Shown: in pieces, positions 30,601 through 38,421 of the stretch
Position numbering within the stretch: the stretch's first letter is position 1
Layout of the letters: the number at the start of each line of letters is the position of its first letter
Source of the DNA: a virus
Length of the DNA: 64,000 bases
Reading direction: 5' to 3' (one strand)
IMG/VR virus record: IMGVR_UViG_3300044827_000008
Location: 24,348 to 88,347 of that record
The notes under the pieces: generated by a model
What the model was told of the DNA's origin: nothing
What the model saw: only the letters and a program-made list of their open reading frames with translations
The model's database searches: none
Program-made: the position numbers and the translations under genes

Positions 30601-31008
30601 TTAGGCAGTCGCGCCTCCAACCGGCTGAACTCCGATCTTGTGCTCGCCCGCGAACTTCGTGACGCTCGCCGTCACGTCCGCCGGGTCGAGTGGCGTGAGG
30701 TTCAGTTCCAAGCTGTCTGCGAGCTTCGTGATCTGTACCGCTGCGACGATCTCGCCGTTGTCGAGGGCGATCTTCCGCGCCATCGAGAGGCTTACGCTCT
30801 GGAGAAAGGCTCCGGCGTCGAAGAGGCTGACGAGCACGTTCTCACCGTCCCTCTCTCGCAGGGGCGCGGTGTCGAGGATGTTGCCGTCCGCGTCAAGCTT
30901 CCACGCTTCGGCCTTCAGCGTGCCCTTATCGATGGTGTTGCCGTCGATCGTGACCTGAAACCGCATCGATACGGCCACCGGTTTCGTCTGCTCCTGCTCG
31001 TCTGTCAT
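30601..31008 (-). CDS. Hypothetical protein, first gene of the leftward unit
   Basis: ORF with GGGGA RBS. Confidence 0.65.
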   Translation of the reverse strand: MTDEQEQTKPVAVSMRFQVTIDGNTIDKGTLKAEAWKLDADGNILDTAPLRERDGENVLVSLFDAGAFLQSVSLSMARKIALDNGEIVAAVQITKLADSLELNLTPLDPADVTASVTKFAGEHKIGVQPVGGATA

Positions 31009-31009
31009 G

Positions 31010-31480
31010 GTTGATCCCCCTGGTGAATTTGCGATGGTTCTCCACCGCTGTCCTCCATGGTAGCGGGGGGTAGGGGCGTCACCGGCCTGAAGTTTTCAGG
31101 CGGGTGCGTGGTAAAAACCGGGCTATGCTGGAGGCAGGCGGAACTGACGTGGTGAGGGCTGGCCGTTCGAGTGCGCGGGAAATCTGCGAGCAACACTCTA
31201 GGCCGGAATCCGAAAAGCCATGCTTTCGAGCCTTGAGCGCGGGGGTGGGGCATTTGATAGGTGCCTCGCCTCCGTTGCGCTGGAAATAGGGTGGAGGCCC
31301 TCAAAATGGCTGTTTTTTGCCCCTCGTTCCCCATTTCGGGCATGCCGAAAGACGCCGCGCGAGGTACTTTGGGGCCGCAGATGGCAGCTACTAAAGGTTG
31401 CTTGGCTACGGCCTGAAGATTCTTGCTAAGGGAGGTTAGTTTTGCCCGCCTTCGGGGCATAATATAGGTAGGCAACAAGT
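31010..31480. promoter_or_regulatory. Divergent control region between the leftward replication unit and the rightward early unit
   Basis: No credible ORF; strand switch; TTGCCC...CATAATATAG promoter-like sequence at 31442-31467. Confidence 0.5.
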
Positions 31481-31660
31481 CAATACCGACTCAGCAGGGA
31501 GGGCGAATCCCCCTTAGCTACGAATGTGCCGTTGGGCCGACCCCAGGCACGCCGCGCGACGCGTAGCGACAAGGAGATCGACTGGTACGCATACCGGATA
31601 GCCCAAGCCGAGGCACCGTCACACCGTGCCCACAAACTGAGAAATCAGGAGAATAGAGAT

Positions 31661-31841
31661 GGCCGGGCGCTTCCGCTCGGCCCTCTCGATGGGCGATGGT
31701 CGGGCAGCGACCGACCGCAGTACCCGTGTGAAGGGTCAGCGCGAGTCCGTTCGAGTCGGACAAAGGGCGCAGGGACGCAGGCTGACACACGGCGAAGGAC
31801 AGGCGGGGAGGTGTTCACGACACCCCATCGTCCATCGAGAG
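31661..31841 (+). ncRNA. Structured cassette A (hairpin + 17-bp helix, cargo with T-arm)
   Basis: GGCCGGGCG-CTTC-CGCTCGGCC; CTCTCGATGGGCGATGG (31683-31699) pairs with CCATCGTCCATCGAGAG (31825-31841); GTCCG-TTCGAGT-CGGAC inside. Confidence 0.75.
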
Positions 31842-31870
31842 AAAGGAAGCTATTCGGTACACGAGAGGTT

Positions 31871-31986
31871 GAGGCGTTCCGTGTCGCACGTCGATGCGGC
31901 CCGCCTCCCTCGATCGAGCTTGTAGTCGGCTTCTCCCGAAGAACTGAAGGCCCTTCGGATGCTGGAGCCGACTCGCTCGGTCGGGG
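31871..31986 (+). ncRNA. Structured cassette B
   Basis: GAGGCG...CGCCTC hairpin; CCTCGATCGAGC (31908-31919) pairs with GCTCGGTCGGGG (31975-31986); inner GTCGGCTTC/GGAGCCGAC and CCGAAG/CTTCGG stems. Confidence 0.65.
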
Positions 31987-32084
31987 GTCGTGAACTCACC
32001 CGGTGGCATTGAGGCCGAAGAAATACTAGGCCCCGCGCGGGACAGCACGACTCTCTCAGCCCCATACATATGTAAGGAGAGACG

Positions 32085-32315
32085 ATGCCGAACACCAACT
32101 ACACCGCCGGAACGTTCCGTGTTAAGGCTCGCAGAATGAATTACAGCCTCGACGCATACGAAGAGGTTGAGGGTTTTGTCGAGATCGAGATCGACATCGA
32201 TCGGCTCGTCCGCGACCTCGGGCCTCGCGCGGTTCTGAGTATTGGTGGCCTCGCGCAAGAGGCGGGCGGCGCGATCAGGGTCAAGCGGGTTGCGGACATC
32301 GCGGGGAGTCGGTAG
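32085..32315 (+). CDS. Hypothetical early protein
   Basis: ORF with TAAGGAG RBS. Confidence 0.7.
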   Translation: MPNTNYTAGTFRVKARRMNYSLDAYEEVEGFVEIEIDIDRLVRDLGPRAVLSIGGLAQEAGGAIRVKRVADIAGSR

Positions 32316-32324
32316 GAACGAAGA

Positions 32325-32420
32325 GAGCGGCCCACTTCGGGCCGTTCCCCTCGATGGACGGTCAACGCACGAGTCGCCCTACGGGAGGCGCTGAAGACGT
32401 GCGGCACTGTCCGTCGATGG
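32325..32420 (+). ncRNA. Structured cassette C
   Basis: GAGCGGCCC-ACTTC-GGGCCGTTC; TCGATGGACGGT pairs with ACTGTCCGTCGA; inner GCACG/CGTGC and CGCC/GGCG stems. Confidence 0.75.
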
Positions 32421-32456
32421 TACGTCCGACCGTACATGTGTAAGGGAGAACCGAAC

Positions 32457-32756
32457 ATGGCGTCATACAAGCACTGCAACGATCCGAAGTGCCAGCGCGA
32501 GATCGAGGAGTCGATCTTCAACACGGCGACGGCACACGCGCTCGGATGCAAGTTGCGTCGGTCGCTCGCAGCCAAGGACGCGTTCGCGGCCAAGTCGAAG
32601 CGACAGGAGCGCGGACGTAAGGCAGCCGCAACGCGGGCCGCGCGGAAGCTCGCCAGTCAACCGCTCGCCGTGGACTACGGCACGATGGGCCTTGACGAGG
32701 TCGAGAAGATGTCCGACGCGGAGTACGCAGCCGCACTCATAGAGGAGGGTTCGTGA
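32457..32756 (+). CDS. Hypothetical early protein (Cys/His motif)
   Basis: MASYKHCNDPKC..., AAGGGAG RBS. Confidence 0.7.
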   Translation: MASYKHCNDPKCQREIEESIFNTATAHALGCKLRRSLAAKDAFAAKSKRQERGRKAAATRAARKLASQPLAVDYGTMGLDEVEKMSDAEYAAALIEEGS

Positions 32757-33160
32757 GCCGCAACATCTACCGCGTCAAGACAAAGTACGGCATCGAGGTC
32801 ACTCGTCAGTCGGATCGCCCGTACAAGTTCGTCATCATCTCGTTCGGTCAATCGGAAGCGTTCCTTCGCAGCCGACACGAGGCCAAAGCCAAGTACCTCA
32901 ACGAACTCGCGGCACGCTACCGCATCGCTGAGCGTACCGGCACCGACCCGAAGTACCCGCAGGACGGCGGACGGTTCGTCGCGGAGGACTATCGCAGATG
33001 GGCCGAGGACACCGAGGCCAAGGCCGCGATACCGTTCGTGGCTGAGGAAGCCAAGCTCATGGTGCATGGCTGGTCGATGAGCATGAAGGGTGCGATGGCA
33101 ATGGAGCGGGAGGCGGTGAAGTACCGCTATCTCAACATCGAAGTTCTACCAGTCGCGTGA
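32753..33160 (+). CDS. Hypothetical early protein
   Basis: GTGA overlap, GAGGAGG RBS. Confidence 0.7.
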   Translation: MSRNIYRVKTKYGIEVTRQSDRPYKFVIISFGQSEAFLRSRHEAKAKYLNELAARYRIAERTGTDPKYPQDGGRFVAEDYRRWAEDTEAKAAIPFVAEEAKLMVHGWSMSMKGAMAMEREAVKYRYLNIEVLPVA

Positions 33161-33164
33161 GAGA

Positions 33165-33274
33165 GAGCGGCCCGCGCCGCTCCTCTCGATGGGCGAATCA
33201 TCCAGACCGTCGCAAGGCGGCAGGGTACAGCGAGCCAACAGCAGGCCCACGCACGATGATTCGCCCGTCGAGAG
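33165..33274 (+). ncRNA. Structured cassette D (19-bp helix)
   Basis: GAGCGGC-CCGC-GCCGCTC; CTCTCGATGGGCGAATCAT (33183-33201) pairs with ATGATTCGCCCGTCGAGAG (33256-33274). Confidence 0.8.
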
Positions 33275-33304
33275 TCCAGTCAACCAGATAGAAGAGGAGA
33301 GTCG

Positions 33305-33511
33305 ATGGCAGACTACGCGTTCATCAAGGTTCGGAAGATCGGAGAGAAGCGGTTCAACTTTCTCCGACCGGATGGCGGCGAGACTCACCTCCGCGTTCAC
33401 GCGGCGATGGTGCCCGTCGAGAAGCTCGTGTCCCGCCTTGCGATGGTGCGCAAGGACAACCCCGGCTTTGAGTTCAAGGCCACTACTAAGGGAGGCTTCG
33501 TTGGCAGCTAA
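33305..33511 (+). CDS. Hypothetical early protein
   Basis: ORF with GAGGAG RBS. Confidence 0.7.
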   Translation: MADYAFIKVRKIGEKRFNFLRPDGGETHLRVHAAMVPVEKLVSRLAMVRKDNPGFEFKATTKGGFVGS

Positions 33512-33878
33512 AAACCTACGCGGCAAGACGGTCGGCGGCTACCCGGTCGATAACTCGCAGGCATACGAGGTGTGGCAGGCGGGCACGTGGACGTGGAACG
33601 TGCTCAAGCACAACCAGTCCACCGAAGCGGAGTTGAAGAACCCGTTCGCGATCGTGTGCTGCAACGTCGTCACTCCGATGTGTCCCGACGGGGAGATCGG
33701 AGACACCTACCTCTACGAGATCATGCACAGCGCGCGGATGATCGCGTTCCGCGACGTGACGGACGGCGTGCTCGACAAGCAGCAGACTCTCGTCGGCGTC
33801 GCGCCGGACGGGATACGCGGCGACAAGGTCGATTGCTCGGCGCTTTACACGAAGCTCCAGGCAGCACTTCGGGCGTAA
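33501..33878 (+). CDS. Hypothetical early protein (WTW.VLK...E.GDTY..EI; DUF2958-like)
   Basis: TTG start after GGAGG; family call by motif only. Confidence 0.65.
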   Translation: MAAKNLRGKTVGGYPVDNSQAYEVWQAGTWTWNVLKHNQSTEAELKNPFAIVCCNVVTPMCPDGEIGDTYLYEIMHSARMIAFRDVTDGVLDKQQTLVGVAPDGIRGDKVDCSALYTKLQAALRA

Positions 33879-33882
33879 GCGA

Positions 33883-34080
33883 GAGCGGCCCCGTGGCCGC
33901 TCCGCTCGCGAGGAGGCCCCGGCAGGGGATGTAACGCAGCATTGTTCGGGGGCACCCGGCGTGGCTGCGGTGAAAGGGTCGGCCCGGCGGGAACGGTGAG
34001 AGGCTGCGCGCAAGCCCAGTGCCGTCACCCGAGGCGTTTGCGAGCGGGTTCGAGGCCCGCACCGCCCCTCCTCGCGAGCG
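33883..34080 (+). ncRNA. Structured cassette E (perfect 14-bp helix, about 150-nt cargo ending in a T-arm)
   Basis: GAGCGGCC-CCGT-GGCCGCTC; CGCTCGCGAGGAGG (33903-33916) pairs with CCTCCTCGCGAGCG (34067-34080); GCGGG-TTCGAGG-CCCGC at 34044-34060. Confidence 0.8.
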
Positions 34081-34116
34081 TTCGGTTTCCCGTCCACTTG
34101 AAAGAGGAGAGCGCCC

Positions 34117-34401
34117 ATGCTTGATGTCTCGCGGTTCGTGTCCATCGAAATCCCGATCGCACCCGACTGGGAGGAACGGGTGCGTGGCAGTCAGGCCGTG
34201 CTCGGGTACTTCAAGTACCCGGAGGGCGTCGGCCTGAACGGCTGGTACATCGACTTCGATCTCGACTCGCTGCCCCGCTACTTCGGCCCGTACGGCACTG
34301 CCGTCGAGGCCACGGAGAAGGCAGAGTCACTCGGCATGACCGTCCGTGTCAACCCCGCCCGCCTGTACATCGACGAGCGGTTCGAGGAGGACGGCACCTA
34401 G
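34117..34401 (+). CDS. Hypothetical early protein
   Basis: ORF with AAGAGGAG RBS. Confidence 0.7.
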   Translation: MLDVSRFVSIEIPIAPDWEERVRGSQAVLGYFKYPEGVGLNGWYIDFDLDSLPRYFGPYGTAVEATEKAESLGMTVRVNPARLYIDERFEEDGT

Positions 34402-34536
34402 CGTCCGACAGCGGCCCGGTTTATATCACGCTGGATATATTCCGGGTCGGATGGAACCCGCGCCCGGTCTGAAGTCCGGGGCACCGAAAAGTTCAGGCCG
34501 ATGGCCCTGCTAATAGGGCTTACAATGGAGATGCAA

Positions 34537-36054
34537 ATGGAGAATATCGAGGGTCAAGACGTGGCGGAAGGCCCCGCCGAATACCGCATCCCGTCGTCCC
34601 GCTGGCCCACCTTCCAAGAGAAGTTGGGTAAGCTCGCGAAGCGCGCGAACAAGCTCGGTGCCGGAACGATCGGGTTCGAGATCGTCCGTGTCGAGCACAT
34701 GAAATTGATCCGGTTCGACGCCATGTCGTTCCTGCCGGACGAGCCTCCCGCCGACCGGCTCGTGCCGATCGACGCGAAGGTCGAGCGCGCGTTCGTCGTC
34801 GGCTACGAGGACATCAACGTCGTGATCGTCACGGGCGACCGCCCCAAGCTCAACGGCTGGCGGTTCGTCGGCACCCTCCAGTCCCTCAAGGACGACGAGG
34901 GCGTCATCATCAACATCCTGCGAAACATCCCCGGCGAGACAATCCCCGCGAAGTACCGTGACGCGGAGCAGTGGTGCGACCAGTGCAAGACCCGCCGGTT
35001 CCGCATCGACACCTACATCGTCATGCACGACGACGGTCGGACGGCGCAAGTCGGCTCCGACTGCCTGAAGGACTTCACCGGGCACGCATCGCCCGACACC
35101 ATCGCCCGCTTCTGCGAGTACCTCATCGAGCTTGACGGCATGATAAGCGACGGCGAGCGCGGCGGGTTCGGTGGTGGTGAGGCCGACTCACTCTCGACCC
35201 TATGGATCGTGACCCTGGCATCCGCGCGTGTACGGGTGAAGGGTTGGATGTCGCGCTCGAAGGCGCGCGAGATCGCGGGCCAGTCCAGCGACTACGAGGC
35301 CCGCAAGGACACTGACCCGACCGTCACCGGCCACCTGCGGACCGTGACGGCTACCGCCGACGCCGTGAGCGACTACCTCGATCGCAAGCTTGGCGACAAG
35401 CGGATGCGCGAGGATGGTGTCGCGATCACGGAGGCCGACTCCCTGGAGGCCGAGGCCGCCATCGAGTGGATTCGGTCGATGGATCGGAACGAGCTACAGC
35501 GCGGCGACAACGACTACCTCTGGAACCTCTACGCGGCGTGCGCCAACGGCAACATGACGTGGCGCATGCTCGGAATCGTCTGCTCCCTCGTCGCCGCCTA
35601 CCAGCGCGCGATGGGCCGCGAGCAGGAGCGCAAGGAACGCGCGTCCAAGTGGGCGAACTCGCAGTTCGTCGGCACACTGAAGACGCGCGAGGTCTTCCGT
35701 CTGAAGCTCACTGCTGAGCCTCGCGGATACACGACGCAGTTCGGCACCTCGTACCTCCACCGTCTTGAGGACGAGGCCGGGAACCAGTTCACCATGTGGG
35801 GTGACCGGTTCACCGTCGAGTCGGGTGAAACCGAAGTGTTGAAGCGATGGGACGCCGCGACGAACGATCTCGTCGAGTACGTCAACCCGGTCTACCGCCC
35901 GTGGGCGGTCGATGAGTGGGTCAACATCAAGGCGACCGTCGTCAAGCACGAAGAGCGTGACGGCATCAAGTCCACGACCATCAACCGCCCGGCACTCGAT
36001 GTGCCGAAGCCCGTCAAGGTTCGCAAGGCCAAGGCGACGGCGGTTCCTGCATGA
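34537..36054 (+). CDS. Large phage protein with CxxC...C Zn site and probable C-terminal OB fold
   Basis: CDQCKTRR.R...VGSDCL; C-terminal SQFVG...T.FG..Y...D..GN...W...IKATV.KH.E.DG.K.T.I.R. Confidence 0.75.
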   Translation: MENIEGQDVAEGPAEYRIPSSRWPTFQEKLGKLAKRANKLGAGTIGFEIVRVEHMKLIRFDAMSFLPDEPPADRLVPIDAKVERAFVVGYEDINVVIVTGDRPKLNGWRFVGTLQSLKDDEGVIINILRNIPGETIPAKYRDAEQWCDQCKTRRFRIDTYIVMHDDGRTAQVGSDCLKDFTGHASPDTIARFCEYLIELDGMISDGERGGFGGGEADSLSTLWIVTLASARVRVKGWMSRSKAREIAGQSSDYEARKDTDPTVTGHLRTVTATADAVSDYLDRKLGDKRMREDGVAITEADSLEAEAAIEWIRSMDRNELQRGDNDYLWNLYAACANGNMTWRMLGIVCSLVAAYQRAMGREQERKERASKWANSQFVGTLKTREVFRLKLTAEPRGYTTQFGTSYLHRLEDEAGNQFTMWGDRFTVESGETEVLKRWDAATNDLVEYVNPVYRPWAVDEWVNIKATVVKHEERDGIKSTTINRPALDVPKPVKVRKAKATAVPA

Positions 36055-38206
36055 AACCAAAGGTTCCTGCCCGATTCGTTTATGAGGGTCAGACCCTACA
36101 CCGTGATGGTCGAGGGTCGGCCCATCGCAGGCCGATGAGTAACAGGGGGTGGCAGCTAGGCCACCCCCAGCGGGGCGGCGCGTTTATTGATCCGGCGGAA
36201 TTGAAAGAGGAGAAGCCGAATGCGTAAGGCGCAAGCCGAGTACATCGCGGACGAGATCGCGCGCGCACTGCACGAAGCGGGCCACGGTGCCCGCCTCGAT
36301 ACGGTCGCCATCCGCAAGAGTCCATACAAGTGGGTCATCGAGTTTCGTAGACTCACCCCAAGTGGCCTAATCTGGCTGCCGGTCGAAGTTTTCGAGACGA
36401 ACGCCGAGGCGCGGGCCGCTCTCGTCGTTGCACGTAACATGGCCCGGAAGTAAGGGAGAGAAATGGGCAGCTACTACAACCGACCGTGGAGGGGCTACTT
36501 CGAGGTGCTCGATGGTCCCGACTGGATGCGCTACAACGTCGAACTCGGTTCGGTCGAGCAGGGCCTTGCCCTTGTCACGACTAACCCGATACCCGGCCTC
36601 AAGTGGCGGATCGTCGATGCTGGCGGCAACGTCTACGAGTCAGGGCAATTTACCTCGCATGATCTCGTCGCCAAGTCAGAGGACGGCACCATTCTTTACG
36701 TCGATTTCAAGAACGCGCCGATCGACCCCGTCATCGCAGCGCGACAGGAGGCGTTCTACAGCGCCACATTCGCGGACGCAGTACGCAAGCAGGCGGATGG
36801 ACTGCGCGATCTCCTCGACTACGCGACCGATGTCGAGAGGGGCCGACCTCATATCAGCGTCAGCGAACGTAGGCGCTTGTTGGAGGAGGCGCTACGTGGC
36901 TGAGACACCGCTCATGATGTGCGGTCACGCCGCCAACTCCACCATCGGTGCCAGTCCAGCCTGTGTAATCTGCTGGCCGAAGCCCGAGTCGTTGCTCGTC
37001 GCTGTCACCGTCCCTGACCTCGCGGGCCGTCTCGCAATCTGCGGGTGTGGTAACACGGAGCCGTCCCGCGCCGGTCTAGCGTTCTTCGAGTACCTTGGCC
37101 CTGGTTCGCGGCGGGCCGTCACGCAGTGTAAGCACTGCCGCTACAGTGTCGAGGCCCATGATCCCGCCGTCATGGCGCGGAACAAGGCCCTCACGTGCAC
37201 GAACTTCGAGCCGCACGGTGGGTTCGAGTCCGACTCGTTCTACTGCGGTCACGCCGGATGGGATTAGTCAACCACAATCACAAGGGAGAAGTAACCGATG
37301 TCTGACAGTGGCCCACTTCTATTCGATCGGACAGAGGAGCTTTATCAGAAGCTCGATGAGTCGCGGGAAGGCGAGGTGCGCATGCTTCTCTTCGAATTCG
37401 ACTTCGTCCTTTCGCCCGCCTCCACTCGCCGCAAGGTGTACGGACCAGCGGACCTACTCGTCAAGCGTTGGCCGGACGGCGGCATCAACATGCACGTCGC
37501 AATCACCGGCATTGCTCCCGAGAAGCCGCTTCCAAGTGGCCCACCGTTCGTTGACGAGATCATGCAACTCCTCGAAGAGGACCGCTGATGAAACCCAAGC
37601 TACCGGACAAGTGTCCCGACTGCGGTGCGACTCGTGGGTTAACCATGATCCGTACCGTCTCGCGCGTCTACGCCGAGTGGAACTGCGGGCGTTGTGGGTC
37701 CTCGTGGCGCTCGGACGCGGGCACCGGCAGGCTCATCGCTCGCCTCAACACTGCGGAGCACCTCGAAGGCGGGGTGAAGGCATGATGAACAGCAAGCCCA
37801 AGCCCCGGACGAAGGTTCGGATTGAGATGCGAGCGCAGGAACGTGCTCGCGCTGTGCGTGGTAGAAAGTAGTGGTGCCGACACTCAAATCCATCCTCGAA
37901 GCACAGACGAGCGACGAGGTCGTGCTCGCGCGCGACTTCAAAGCGGTCCGCATCGAACGAACCGAACTCGGTGATGTCGAGTGGCCGGTCATCGTCCAGG
38001 CGGTACTCGATCGCACCGCCGTCGTGTACCCGGCGGGCCGCGTTGATGCCAAGCGCGTGGTTCGGCTCGACATGATCATGGTCGAGGAGGCCGACATCAA
38101 GTGGGTGCCCCGGAACCCGCGCGAGCTACAGCAACTCCGCGCCCGGCAAGTCGGTCAACGAGCGGGCCGCTTGTTGCAGGGTGTGGTAAAAACCGAAGAG
38201 TCCTAG
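36051..38206 (+). other. Small early genes (36051-36227, 36220-36453, 36463-36903, Cys-rich 36896-37267, 37298-37588, Zn-ribbon 37588-37785, 37871-38206)
   Basis: Coupled plus-strand ORFs with GGAG RBSs. Confidence 0.65.
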
Positions 38207-38211
38207 CACGA

Positions 38212-38285
38212 GCGGGCGTAGCACAGTGGTAGTGCACTGGCTTGCCATGTCAGGTACGCGGGTTCGATTCCCGCCACCCGCTCCA
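38212..38285 (+). tRNA. tRNA-Gly(GCC)
   Basis: GCGGGCG/CACCCGC, U73, CCA; anticodon loop TTGCCAT; T-loop TTCGATT. Confidence 0.93.
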
Positions 38286-38291
38286 GCCCAC

Positions 38292-38366
38292 GGGCCGTTG
38301 GTCTATCGGCATGATGCCTTCCTGTCGAGGAGGAGATGAGGGGTTCGACTCCCCTACGGCCCGCCA
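38292..38366 (+). tRNA. tRNA-Asp(GUC)
   Basis: GGGCCGT/ACGGCCC, G73, CCA; anticodon loop CTGTCGA; T-loop TTCGACT. Confidence 0.92.
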
Positions 38367-38377
38367 GCTACAAATCA

Positions 38378-38408
38378 GCCCCGGTCCCGCGAGGGGCCGG
38401 GGCCTTTT
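38378..38408 (+). terminator. Intrinsic terminator ending the early unit
   Basis: GCCCCGGTCCC-GCGA-GGGGCCGGGGC followed by CTTTT. Confidence 0.75.
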
Positions 38409-38421
38409 CCCATTTGGGGCC

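Noticed and set aside
31005-31993. ORFs 31005-31478 (-) and 31526-31993 (+)
   Set aside because: They span promoter and structured RNA regions with atypical composition; the 5' part of 31526 cannot be fully excluded
32365-32405. Hammerhead ribozyme (CTGAAGA)
   Set aside because: No matching GAAA/NUH strand or three-stem junction
32325-33902. GAGCGGCC hairpins as simple intrinsic terminators
   Set aside because: No U-tract on either strand; each is directly followed by the long helix
31661-34080. Cassettes as a CRISPR array or a classical integron
   Set aside because: Repeats are degenerate, interiors vary from 45 to 150 nt and are structured, and genes lie between them; no cas or integron-integrase gene and no consistent RYYYAAC/GTTRRRY ends
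33903-34080. tmRNA
   Set aside because: Too short, no G3:U70 acceptor with CCA, no tag ORF
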